From: a virus
Virus record (IMG/VR): IMGVR_UViG_3300009320_000011
Coordinates: 11,152 to 75,151 of that record
DNA length: 64,000 nucleotides
Strand: one strand, 5' to 3'
Below the pieces are notes generated by a model, which saw nothing but the letters and a program-made list of their open reading frames with translations, was not told the DNA's origin and did no database searches. The position numbers were made by a program, and so were the translations under genes. This document shows, one piece after another, positions 28,260-38,469 of this stretch (positions are counted from its first letter, which is position 1; the number at the start of each line of letters is the position of its first letter).

Positions 28260-29081
28260 ATGCCAATTGACAAAAAAATTATTAAAGAGAAATTAGAAAG
28301 AATTTCACAATCAGCCAGACGTAGAAAAATCGTTTGGAAACCAGACGCAGGAGACCAATATGTACGTATTGTTCCTTATAAATCAAATCCGGGCTTCCCA
28401 TTTATTGAACTATATTTCCATTATGGATTTATGGGTAAGAACATTTTATCACCAACAACATTTGATGAACCAGACCCATTGGTAGAATATGCCAATAAAC
28501 TGAGAGAATCAGGTGATAAAAAGGATTATGAAAATTCTAAAAAGTTATTTCCAAAAATGAGAGTTTATGCTCCGATCCTTGTTCGTGGTGAAGAAGGAGA
28601 AGGTGTTAAATTCTGGGGATTTAATAAAACCATTTATGAAGAATTCTTAGGAATATTAAGTGATCCTGTTTGGGGCGATATTACTGACCCAGCAGAAGGT
28701 AGAGATGTAAAAGTAACATTTATACCAGCAAAGAGTAAGGATACATATCCAAAAACTACTATTGTGGTACAACCAAATATTACACCAATTAGTACAGATA
28801 CGGCGATCATATCTGAAGTGAAGAATCAAGCACCAATATCTGATGCTTATACAACACCAACATATGAGGAAATGGTTGATTTGTTAAATGAATATTTGGA
28901 GGTTACACCTGAATCAGATGAAGAAGAAGAAGACAAACCGAAAGAGCCAACAGAAAAAGGTTATGATGATCTACCATTCGATAGCAAAGAAGTTCCAGAA
29001 AAAAAGGAATCAACCAAGAATGTTAGAGGCATCGATAAACTAAAAAGCGAGTTGGATAACTTATTCCCATCAGAAGAATAA
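28260..29081 (+). CDS. Single-stranded DNA-binding protein (T4 gp32-like)
   Basis: VRIVP, PFIELYFHY, EGVKFWGF, GDITDP.EGRD, acidic tail ending LDNLF. Confidence 0.85.
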   Translation: MPIDKKIIKEKLERISQSARRRKIVWKPDAGDQYVRIVPYKSNPGFPFIELYFHYGFMGKNILSPTTFDEPDPLVEYANKLRESGDKKDYENSKKLFPKMRVYAPILVRGEEGEGVKFWGFNKTIYEEFLGILSDPVWGDITDPAEGRDVKVTFIPAKSKDTYPKTTIVVQPNITPISTDTAIISEVKNQAPISDAYTTPTYEEMVDLLNEYLEVTPESDEEEEDKPKEPTEKGYDDLPFDSKEVPEKKESTKNVRGIDKLKSELDNLFPSEE

Positions 29082-29099
29082 ATAAATTAAGAGATTTTT

Positions 29100-30296
29100 A
29101 TGGAAAATAAAAGAAGTGAACTCGCTGAGTTATTAGCGAACACGCTTAATAATAAATTTAAAGCAACCAATTATAAAACAGCCTATTTTCTTGAAGACGA
29201 TCCCGATGCACCCACAAATGTAAATGAGTGGGTGCCAACTGGGTCATCTATACTTGATATTAAAATATCAAATAAACCAAATGGAGGATTTCCCGTTGGT
29301 CGTATAATTGAGCTTCTAGGATTGGAGGCTAGCGGAAAATCTTTACTAGCCGCGCATGCACTAGCCAATACACAGAAACTGGGAGGCATAGCAGTTTATA
29401 TTGAAACTGAAAGTTCAGTAAGCAAAGAATTTCTAAGAGCAATCGGGGTTGATTTGAAGAATTTGGTATATGTACCACTTGATACAATTGAAGACGTATT
29501 TGAAGCGATTGAATCAATTATCGAAAAAATCAGAAAAACAAGTAAAGATGTTCTAGTAACTATAGTAGTTGACTCAGTTGCAGCAACAACTACAAAACTG
29601 GAAATGTCATCTGACTATGATAAAGCCGGATATAATACTGGTAAGTCTATTATCATTTCACAGGCCTTACGTAAAATAACCAATACAATCGCTCGTGAGC
29701 GAGTGTGTTTAATATTCACAAATCAGCTTAGAAAAAACATGAACTCAATGCCTGGAACCGATCCATATACCACAAGTGGTGGTATGGCTCTTGCGTTTCA
29801 TTCATCTGTTAGAATCCGATTGAGAAATATGGGCAAATTAAAAACCAAGGCAGGCGGTGTTGAAGAAGTAGTCGGTATGAAGACTCGAGTTGTTATTACA
29901 AAGAACCGAGTTGGTCCACCGTGGAAGGAATTGGTGTATGATATATATTTCAATTCTGGAATTGATAATTGTGGTGGTTGGTTGACCACAATGAAGGAAA
30001 GAAAACTTGTCAAACAAGCGGGAGCTTGGTACGAGTATACAGATAAAGATACTGGTGAAGTTCTAAAATTTCAATCTAAAACATTTGAATCAGACATATT
30101 ATCTGATGAAACTAGAAAAGAAACAATATATAATGATATATGTAATTCATTGATATCAAAATATAGAGCCAATGAAGATGGTGGTATTGATGATATCAAA
30201 GTTGATGAGAACATATATGATGAAGATATTGATGAACTAACAGACTCGGAAGATGATGCAAAACCATCAGCAAAAATAAAACCAAATGTCAAATAA
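29100..30296 (+). CDS. uvsX: RecA/UvsX recombinase
   Basis: Walker A GLEASGKS, IVVDSVAA, IFTNQLR, TSGG.AL.FHSSVR, KNRVGPP. Confidence 0.95.
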   Translation: MENKRSELAELLANTLNNKFKATNYKTAYFLEDDPDAPTNVNEWVPTGSSILDIKISNKPNGGFPVGRIIELLGLEASGKSLLAAHALANTQKLGGIAVYIETESSVSKEFLRAIGVDLKNLVYVPLDTIEDVFEAIESIIEKIRKTSKDVLVTIVVDSVAATTTKLEMSSDYDKAGYNTGKSIIISQALRKITNTIARERVCLIFTNQLRKNMNSMPGTDPYTTSGGMALAFHSSVRIRLRNMGKLKTKAGGVEEVVGMKTRVVITKNRVGPPWKELVYDIYFNSGIDNCGGWLTTMKERKLVKQAGAWYEYTDKDTGEVLKFQSKTFESDILSDETRKETIYNDICNSLISKYRANEDGGIDDIKVDENIYDEDIDELTDSEDDAKPSAKIKPNVK

Positions 30297-31311
30297 TATA
30301 ATAAATAGGAGTAAAGCAGAGTCCATCCACCAAGACATTAATTCAAAGGTGTTGATAGTGGATGGACTTTAACTCAACTTATATATTCGTTGTTTTGCCG
30401 CTATACCCGCAATGAATGGCGAAGGATATCATGTCGGTGGTATAACAGGATTTTTGAAATCAATTGCGTATGCCATCCGACAATTTAATCCAACAAGATG
30501 TATAATTGTGTTTGATGGAAAAAATGGATCGGTTAGACGCAGGAAATTATACCCAGATTATAAACATAAAAGTACTATTTCATCAAAGTATAATCGGATG
30601 TATAAAAATGATGCTGACGAAGTGGCATCGATGAAAAAACAATTTTCTAGATTACTTGATTATTTAAGTACTTTACCTATATCTATAATATCAATAGATG
30701 GTATTGAAGCTGATGATACAATAGCATATGCATCAACTGAAATACTAAAAGATAGTGATGTAGTTATATTATCAACTGATAGGGATTTCTTACAATTGGT
30801 CGACAAACGAATCAATGTGTGGAGTCCTATTAAAAAGATACTATATAATGTTGATACAATTAAAGAGGAATTTGGTATAAGTCCTAATAATTTTTTATTG
30901 TATAAAATGTTCGTCGGAGATAATTCAGATAATATTCCGGGAATCAAGGGAGTTGGAATTAAAACAATTGAAAAAAGATTTTCATTTCTAAAAGAGGACA
31001 AAGAATATAGCATTAATGATATTATTAATGAATGTGTATTAAATCAAAATACTAAAATCAAAATATATGATTCCGTAATAAACCAAAAAGATCAACTGTT
31101 GTTAAATAAACAACTGATGGATTTGAAAAATTTAGACATATCAGGAAACTCAAAATTATTAATAGGATATAAAATAGAAGAGAAAATAGAAAGCTTAAAT
31201 AAAATAGCATTCGTTGGAATGTTATTAAAGGATGATATTATTAACTTGGTTGGTGATGTACATTTCTGGCTAAAAAACTCATTCGATAAATTGAACTACT
31301 ATGCAAAGTGA
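30286..31311 (+). CDS. 5'-3' exonuclease/flap endonuclease (T4 RNase H-like), interrupted by in-frame TAA at 30370-30372
   Basis: VLIVDGL*LNLYIR, VFDG, EADD, STDRDFLQL, GDNSDNIPGIKGVG; the start at 30286 is in frame with the track ORF at 30412. Confidence 0.85.
30309..30375 (+). promoter_or_regulatory. Hairpin plus codon-STOP-codon element in the exonuclease gene
   Basis: AGAGTCCATCCAC (30318-30330) pairs with GTGGATGGACTTT (30358-30370); CTT TAA CTC. Confidence 0.75.
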
Positions 31312-32695
31312 TAACTTAAAAGAACACGACGATAACTTTCAAGCTAAATTAATAGCTTCTTTTATCACTGATAAGTTTTTCTTTCAACAAGTAATTGATG
31401 TTATTGATCCAAAGCATTTTACTACAGAGATGGACCAGTTTGTCGTTAAATTAATGTTTGATCACTTTTTGGATTATAAACAATTACCGACAGGAACTGT
31501 AATAAAAACTGAAATTGAAAAGATTAAAGATGATGTATTGAGATCATCAATATATGATAGATTAAAAAAAGTTCAATCGGTTATTGACTCGACTGATTTA
31601 CAATATGTCAAGGATGAATATTTGAAATTCTGTCTAACCAAAGAAATCGAATCAGCACTAATAAAATCAGCTGACTTATTACAAGTTGGTGAATTAGATG
31701 GAATAAAAACACTAGTCAGTAATGCATTTAATTCAATATCGGATCGCGATTTTGGTCATAATTACTTAAAAGGATTTGAAGATAGATACGAGAAAGATAT
31801 CCGAAATCCAATACCAACTCCATGGCCGGTTATTAATAAAATAATGGATGGCGGATTATCTGGAGGAGAACTTGGGTGTGTAATCTCACCGCCCGGAAGA
31901 GGAAAAACATGGAGTTTGTCGGCAATTGGTTCTCACGCTCTTAAGATTGGAAAAAATGTATTACATTATACACTTGAAATTAATGAGCATTATGTGGCAA
32001 AACGATATGATTCAATATACAGCGGCGTACCATTTTCAGAACTAAGGTTCAAAAAAGAAGAGGTATTTGATAGTATTAAAAGTTATGATGAATCAACTCT
32101 AATAATAAAAAAATATGGTGGCAAAAAAGCATCAATACAAACTCTTACTGCTCATATTGAAAAATGTATCAATAATGGAATAAAGCCAGATTTGATTGTT
32201 GTAGATTATGCTGATTTACTAAAACCTACAATATATCATAATAAAGAATCACATGCGATATTGCAAGACATATATGTCGACTTATGCGTATTGGCCGAAG
32301 AATATAATATACCGTGCTGGACTGCATCACAAACCGGAAGACATGCTATAAACTTAGATATTATTGAAGATGATTCAATTGCCGGATCATATGGCAAAAT
32401 AATGGAATCATATTTTGTTATGACAGTATCAAGAAATGTAACAGATAAAGAAGGCGGAACAGCAAAAATCTTTGTGGCAAAGAATAGATTTGGTCCAGAT
32501 GGATTAACTTTTCCTTCGAAATTTAATGCAAGCAACGGCCGGATATTGATATATGAAAAAGATAGCATTGAAGGAAAAAAAGTAACGAATGATCTAGACA
32601 ATGATATACCAACAAGAGTTGAATTACGTGATAGGTTCAATGATTTGATGGGCAAAGACAAAAAATTAGATGATAAAAAAATAGATTTAGGATAA
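31301..32695 (+). CDS. Replicative DnaB-like helicase (T4 gp41-like)
   Basis: SPPGRGKT, HYTLE, VVDYADLL, WTASQ, KNRFGPDG. Confidence 0.9.
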   Translation: MQSDNLKEHDDNFQAKLIASFITDKFFFQQVIDVIDPKHFTTEMDQFVVKLMFDHFLDYKQLPTGTVIKTEIEKIKDDVLRSSIYDRLKKVQSVIDSTDLQYVKDEYLKFCLTKEIESALIKSADLLQVGELDGIKTLVSNAFNSISDRDFGHNYLKGFEDRYEKDIRNPIPTPWPVINKIMDGGLSGGELGCVISPPGRGKTWSLSAIGSHALKIGKNVLHYTLEINEHYVAKRYDSIYSGVPFSELRFKKEEVFDSIKSYDESTLIIKKYGGKKASIQTLTAHIEKCINNGIKPDLIVVDYADLLKPTIYHNKESHAILQDIYVDLCVLAEEYNIPCWTASQTGRHAINLDIIEDDSIAGSYGKIMESYFVMTVSRNVTDKEGGTAKIFVAKNRFGPDGLTFPSKFNASNGRILIYEKDSIEGKKVTNDLDNDIPTRVELRDRFNDLMGKDKKLDDKKIDLG

Positions 32696-32716
32696 TATTT
32701 AGGAGGATATATATAC

Positions 32717-33919
32717 ATGCTATACAATTATAATGATGTTTTAGAAAAAACAAAACAGTATTTTGATGGTGATGAGTTAGCAGCTATAGCTTGGATCAAT
32801 AAATACGCTTTAAAGGACTCAGATAAAAATATATATGAGCTAACTCCAGATGATATGCACAATAGACTGGCTGATGAAATATCTAGAGTGGAAAATACAT
32901 ATGATAATCCAATAACCAGACAACAAATATATGAATTATTAAAAGACTTTCAATATGTTATTCCACAAGGCGGACCAATGGCCGGCATAGGAAATAACTA
33001 TCAGATTACATCCTTATCAAATTGTTTTGTCGTTGGCAGTGATCCACCGGCAGATTCATATGGTGGTATATTAAAAACTGACGAACAACAAGTTCAACTG
33101 ATGAAACGTAGGGGAGGAGTTGGACATGATTTGTCGCACTTAAGACCATCAAATTCATCTGTACAAAATTCAGCATTAACGTCAACTGGTGTTACTTCAT
33201 TTATGGAGAGATATTCTAATTCAACTAGGGAAGTAGCACAAGACGGTCGTCGTGGTGCTTTAATGCTAACACTATCGATAAAACACCCCGATGTACTTGA
33301 ATTTATTAAGATTAAATCTAATTTAGATAAAGTTACTGGAGCAAATGTGTCTATAAAATTGACTGATGAATTTTTGAAATCGGTTATTGCTGATAAAAAA
33401 TTTACACATACATTTCCAATTAATGCAACTGGCGATGATATAAAACAGACAAAAGAAGTTAATGCTATTGACTTATGGAATCAAATTGTATTTAATGCTT
33501 GGAATACTGCTGAACCTGGAATATTATTTTGGGATAAAATTATATCTGAAAGTCCAGCTGATTGTTATAAATCAGATGGATTTGAAACAGTGAGCACGAA
33601 TCCATGTGTTTCGGGCGATACAATAATAACAACCAATATTGGCAAATTGACAGTTAAAGAAATTTTTGAAAGATTTAATAATGGTGAAAAATTTATTATT
33701 GATTCGTTTAATGTTAAAGAAAACAAACTAGAAAAAGATGAAATAGAGGATATATTATTGACAAAAAGAAATGCGAATACTATAGAATTAATTTTAGAAG
33801 ATAATTCAACACTTGTTTTAACACCAGACCATAAAGTGTTTACTAAAAATAGAGGATGGGTCAATGCGTGCCAGCTTTGTGAAGAAGATATTTTATTAAA
33901 GATTGATGAAAAAAGTTGA
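32717..33919 (+). CDS. nrdJ: Class II ribonucleotide reductase fragment 1 plus split-intein N-half (from 33605)
   Basis: SLSNCFV, RRGGVGHDLS, RRGALM, AEPGILFWD, STNP/CVSGDT..LTPDHKV. Confidence 0.9.
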   Translation: MLYNYNDVLEKTKQYFDGDELAAIAWINKYALKDSDKNIYELTPDDMHNRLADEISRVENTYDNPITRQQIYELLKDFQYVIPQGGPMAGIGNNYQITSLSNCFVVGSDPPADSYGGILKTDEQQVQLMKRRGGVGHDLSHLRPSNSSVQNSALTSTGVTSFMERYSNSTREVAQDGRRGALMLTLSIKHPDVLEFIKIKSNLDKVTGANVSIKLTDEFLKSVIADKKFTHTFPINATGDDIKQTKEVNAIDLWNQIVFNAWNTAEPGILFWDKIISESPADCYKSDGFETVSTNPCVSGDTIITTNIGKLTVKEIFERFNNGEKFIIDSFNVKENKLEKDEIEDILLTKRNANTIELILEDNSTLVLTPDHKVFTKNRGWVNACQLCEEDILLKIDEKS

Positions 33920-33969
33920 AAAATTTATTTTCGTGATATATATAGTATATTAAAGATGGGCACAGATTT

Positions 33970-34737
33970 ATGGAAAATGAAAATTTAGATGAGTTTAGAA
34001 ATTTTATATCTGATATATATGAGCAAAAATTTTTTGATGTTAAAGGTAAGGCGCGATTTCATAATATTGAAAAAATTAAAAATGACAAAAGATATGAAAA
34101 TTCTAAAAAGATTATTGAAAAATATTATTATGAAAAAGGATTTGGCATAAAATATTTTATAAAATATTTCAAATTGAATGTTTCTTACCCAGTTCTTAGA
34201 AAGTGTTTCTTAAATTTTTTTGAAATAAAATTGAGGAGTTATGAAGAAATAACAGATAATTTACGCAAACTAAGAAGGGAAAAAATAGAATATGAGAGAG
34301 AAAACAATATGGGATGGTTTTCTGAAGAATCAAGAAGAAAGACAAAAATAAGAAATTCTATACAGAGGGGGATCCAAGGTTATTTTTTTAATGAGAGCAG
34401 AAATAAATTCGTTTGGTTAAGAAGTTCTTGGGAATATATTTTTGCAAAATGGCTTAATAAAAATAAATTTGATTGGGACGTTGAAGTAGAAATGTATAAT
34501 GTGGGAGGCAAGAAATATAGGCCAGATTTCTTTATATTTGAAAATAGCAAGATAACAAAAATTATAGAAGTTAAAGGCTATTGGAAAAATAATAATTGGA
34601 AATTTGAAGTATTAGGTGAACAATTAAAAGATAAAAATATAGAATTTATTTTGATAGAAAATATTTTACCCTATTGTTCACTTAAATTCAAAGATGAGGT
34701 GGAAACTTGGAAACTAGAAAGAAAGGCAGACAAATGA
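33970..34737 (+). mobile_element. Free-standing PD-(D/E)XK homing endonuclease between intein halves
   Basis: LRSSWE, YRPDFF..IIEVKGYW. Confidence 0.75.
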
Positions 34738-35780
34738 AAGTTATAGAAACAAAAATAAAAAAAATCAATATTCATAAGAATGAAACTGTTTATGATTTGA
34801 AAGTTAAAAAAAATAATAACTTTTTTGCTAATGATTTATTGGTCCACAATTGTTCAGAAATTCCGTTGTGTATTTTTGATTCTTGTCGTCTATTAGCAAT
34901 AAATTTATATAGTTATGTTTCAAATCCATTTACAAAAAAAGCAAAATTTGATTTTGATTTGTTTAAACAACATATTGGATTTGTTACACGTATTATGGAC
35001 GATATTATTGATTTGGAGCTTGAAAAAATTAAAGTGATTATTACAAAAATAGATAATGATCCAGAACTACCCGAGATTAAATTGGTTGAAAAACGCCTAT
35101 GGGAAAATATTTATCACAAAACATCAGCTGGTCGCAGAACAGGAATTGGAATCACAGCTGAAGGAGACATGTTAGCCGCATTGGGTATTCAATATGCTAG
35201 TAAAAAGGCCATTGGATTCTCTACACGCGTGCATAAATTATTGGCAATAGAATCATATCGTGAATCAATTAATCTATCAAAAGAGAGAGGTAGTTTTTCA
35301 ATATGGAATTTAGATAAAGAAAAAGATAATCCATTTATTAAAAGAATAATGGAAGCTGAACCTGATTTATTGGATGATTACAAAAAATATGGTAGACGAA
35401 ATATATCAATGTTAACTGTCGCGCCGACTGGGTGTTTAGTTGATTCAACTAAAATTAAAACAGATCACGGATATATAACATTGGCAGAATTATTTTTGGT
35501 TAATGGATATGATCTGGAGAGACTTAGGGGACTACGAGATATGTGGATAGAACCAACCCAGGATATATATGTGTATAATATATTTGGTGAGAAGAATAGA
35601 ATCACGAAATTATATTGGGCGGGTGAATATAACACGAAAAGAATTAGATTGAGCGATGATAATTTGTTGGAGTCAACCATGAATCATAAATTTTTAGTTA
35701 AACTAAATAATAAAGAAGCAATATGGAAGAAGGCAGTTGATTTACGGGTTGGTGATATTATTATTAAGAAAATTGAATAA
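34734..35780 (+). CDS. nrdJ: NrdJ fragment 2: intein C-half (34734-34850), extein, second intein N-half (from 35433)
   Basis: VYDLKV..NNFFANDLLVHN/CSEIPL ... RRTGIG ... TVAPTG/CLVDST..STMNHKF. Confidence 0.9.
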   Translation: MKVIETKIKKINIHKNETVYDLKVKKNNNFFANDLLVHNCSEIPLCIFDSCRLLAINLYSYVSNPFTKKAKFDFDLFKQHIGFVTRIMDDIIDLELEKIKVIITKIDNDPELPEIKLVEKRLWENIYHKTSAGRRTGIGITAEGDMLAALGIQYASKKAIGFSTRVHKLLAIESYRESINLSKERGSFSIWNLDKEKDNPFIKRIMEAEPDLLDDYKKYGRRNISMLTVAPTGCLVDSTKIKTDHGYITLAELFLVNGYDLERLRGLRDMWIEPTQDIYVYNIFGEKNRITKLYWAGEYNTKRIRLSDDNLLESTMNHKFLVKLNNKEAIWKKAVDLRVGDIIIKKIE

Positions 35781-35795
35781 ATATTTGATATTTTT

Positions 35796-35843
35796 ACTAT
35801 TGCTCTATACTTATACTAAAGGAACATAAATAGGAGCAATAGT
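35796..35843 (+). promoter_or_regulatory. RBS/start-sequestering hairpin with a late-promoter-like motif in the loop
   Basis: ACTATTGCTC pairs with GAGCAATAGT; TATACTTATA at 35806-35815. Confidence 0.7.
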
Positions 35844-36966
35844 GAGAAATATAAAAAAAATATCGTATTTGGAAAAATATAACAAACTAGTTGAAGAACA
35901 TGGACCAATAGAGGGAATGAATCAATATTACCGATTTATTAGGGGGGTGTCATTAGAAAAATATATATTGAAATATGGTGAAATAGATGGTAAGAAAAAA
36001 TACGACGAATGGAAAGATATACAAAAGAATTCGGGGGTTTCTTTGGATAAAATGATTAAAAAATATGGTGAAATAGATGGTAAGAAAAAATATGAGAATT
36101 GGAAACAAGATACTAGACAAGATTTAAACGCGTTTATAAAAAGATATGGCCGCATTAGTGGTGAAGAAAAATATAATGAATTTAAAAGAAAATCATTGGC
36201 CGCATTATCTAAAGTGGATCAATCAAAAAAGAAGTCAATTAGAAAATTAAATTATTGGATGGATGTTACTAACGGTGATGTTCAACTTGCAAAAAGAAAA
36301 TTATCCGAATATCAAAATACAGCAAGTTTAGATAAATTTATAAATAAATATGGGGATGTAGATGGTAAAAGACGGTATTTGGAAACAAATGCAAAAAGAG
36401 GAACGACACTACGAACAATGATCGAAAAATATGGTGAAGTAGAAGGTAAAGAAAAATACGAGATTTGGAGGAATACCAATAAGCACTTGAAAGAGGATTG
36501 GATAAAAAAATATGGTGAAGTAGACGGTAATAGGAGATATCTAGAATTAACAAAAAAGAAAATAGAAAGAACCAAAAGATATTCTGATATTGGTTTGGAA
36601 TTCTGTGAAGAAATATATAAGAAACTTTGTCATAAATATAGCAATTTTTATTACGGGGAATCAGAATATATGTTTTTTATATTTGAAGATGATGTAAGGA
36701 TAATAGTCCCAGATATGTATATAAAAGATATAAATTTGGTTATCGAATTTTATGGTGATTTCTGGCATAAAAATCCATTAATATATGATATTTCGCAAGA
36801 ATTTGTAAAAGAAACATGGGAACGAGACGAAAAACGGATCTCCATACTAGAAAAGAAAATAAATTCCAATGTAATAATAGTGTGGGAATATGATTATCGC
36901 AAAGATCCGGATGGTGTAATAAATAAAATAGTGGATGAAATAATTATGAATTATGGAAAAGATTAA
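35842..36966 (+). mobile_element. Free-standing Vsr-like homing endonuclease with KYGE.DGK..Y repeats
   Basis: At least six KYGxxxG repeats; VPDMY...IEFYGDFWH..IVWE. Confidence 0.75.
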
Positions 36967-38104
36967 TATAGAGAATATACAATATGAAGAATTAACTGTG
37001 ATTAGTGTAGATGATAATGTTGCTGAAACAATGGATATTGAAGTTGAGAACGATCATTATTATGAACTAGATGGTGGGATATATTCGCACAATACTGTAT
37101 CATTATTAACACAAACCACATCGGGCATTGAACCGTTATTTATGCCATATTATAAAAGAAATAAAAAAATTAATTCAAATGATGTTGATGCAAAGGTACA
37201 TCATACGGATGCTTCGGGTGATAGTTGGGAACAATATAATGTATTTCATCCAAAACTAAAACACTGGATGGAATTGATGGGGCATACTAATATTGAGGAT
37301 AAAATAGATGATGAGTTAAATAATATATTTGAAAAATCTCCATACTTTGGATCAACTGCAAATGACATTAATTGGTTGGATAAAGTTAAAATGCAAGGTG
37401 AAATACAAAAGTGGGTCGACCATTCAATATCAGTAACAGTTAATTTACCAAATACAGCAACAGAAGAATTAATATCAGATATATTTAAGCAGTCTTGGAA
37501 ATCAGGCTGCAAGGGCATTACAGTATATCGCGATGGTTGTCGTGCCGGTGTTTTGATATCAAATAACGATTTAGATAGAAATGGGACTAAAATCCAACAT
37601 AACTCAGCACCAAAACGTCCAAAAATACTTGATTGTGATATACACCAAATAACAGCTCTTGGTAAAAAATGGGTTGTATTGGTTGGTTTATTAGAAGGAG
37701 ATCCATATGAAGTTTTTGCATTCAAACAAGATAAAATAACTATATCACCAAAATTTACAAAAGGATTATTAACACGACATAAGAGCGGCCATTATAAACT
37801 AGAAATACCAGACACAATAGAATTCAATGATATTACAAATTTGTTTGAACGTGATGAGCAAGAATCTCTCACTAGAATTTTATCATGGGGATTACGACAC
37901 GGCGGCGGCGTTAAATATGCAATGGAACAACTGAATAAATCGGGTGAATCAATAGCATCATTTAGTAAAGCTATTTCACGAACATTGAAAAAATATATTA
38001 ATGACGGTGATAAATCTAGTGTGCTATGTCCTGAGTGTGGCGGTGAAATGATATATCAAGAGGGATGCATACGCTGCAAATCTTGTTCGTGGAGTAAATG
38101 TTAA
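36953..38104 (+). CDS. nrdJ: NrdJ fragment 3: intein C-half (36953-37093) plus C-terminal extein with a Zn ribbon
   Basis: TMDIEV..HYY..GIYSHN/TVSLL..SGIEP, VDHSISVTVN, KGITVYRDG, CPECG..EGC..C..C.WSKC. Confidence 0.9.
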   Translation: MEKINIENIQYEELTVISVDDNVAETMDIEVENDHYYELDGGIYSHNTVSLLTQTTSGIEPLFMPYYKRNKKINSNDVDAKVHHTDASGDSWEQYNVFHPKLKHWMELMGHTNIEDKIDDELNNIFEKSPYFGSTANDINWLDKVKMQGEIQKWVDHSISVTVNLPNTATEELISDIFKQSWKSGCKGITVYRDGCRAGVLISNNDLDRNGTKIQHNSAPKRPKILDCDIHQITALGKKWVVLVGLLEGDPYEVFAFKQDKITISPKFTKGLLTRHKSGHYKLEIPDTIEFNDITNLFERDEQESLTRILSWGLRHGGGVKYAMEQLNKSGESIASFSKAISRTLKKYINDGDKSSVLCPECGGEMIYQEGCIRCKSCSWSKC

Positions 38105-38108
38105 AATT

Positions 38109-38441
38109 ATGAAAAAGGTATTACTTGAAGAATTGAATTGGCCAAATGATTTCGATAGCGATTGGTTAAATGAGATAATAGAATCTGTTAATGAAACATC
38201 TGATTGGAATGGAAAAGCTAAAATGGTAATTACACAAAAAGATGTTGATGATTATAATGGATTATTTGATAATATGCTGGGATGGGAATTCCAAATTCAA
38301 CAAAATAAACATGAAGACCATAAGACCGATGGCCAAATGGTTGAATATCAAATTAGCATAACTGATAATAAAAAACAAAAAACACAATTTTATACTGAAA
38401 TGTGTTTGATGGTTGGTTGGAACATTAAGTTATTAAAATAG
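38109..38441 (+). CDS. Hypothetical protein
   Basis: Intact ORF in operon orientation. Confidence 0.55.
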   Translation: MKKVLLEELNWPNDFDSDWLNEIIESVNETSDWNGKAKMVITQKDVDDYNGLFDNMLGWEFQIQQNKHEDHKTDGQMVEYQISITDNKKQKTQFYTEMCLMVGWNIKLLK

Positions 38442-38469
38442 TATTGAAATGAAAAAAAATAAATAACGA

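Noticed and set aside
35965-36540. DNA repeats AAATATGGTGAA(A/G)TAGA as a non-coding repeat element
   Set aside because: Explained by the KYGE.DGK protein repeats of the endonuclease
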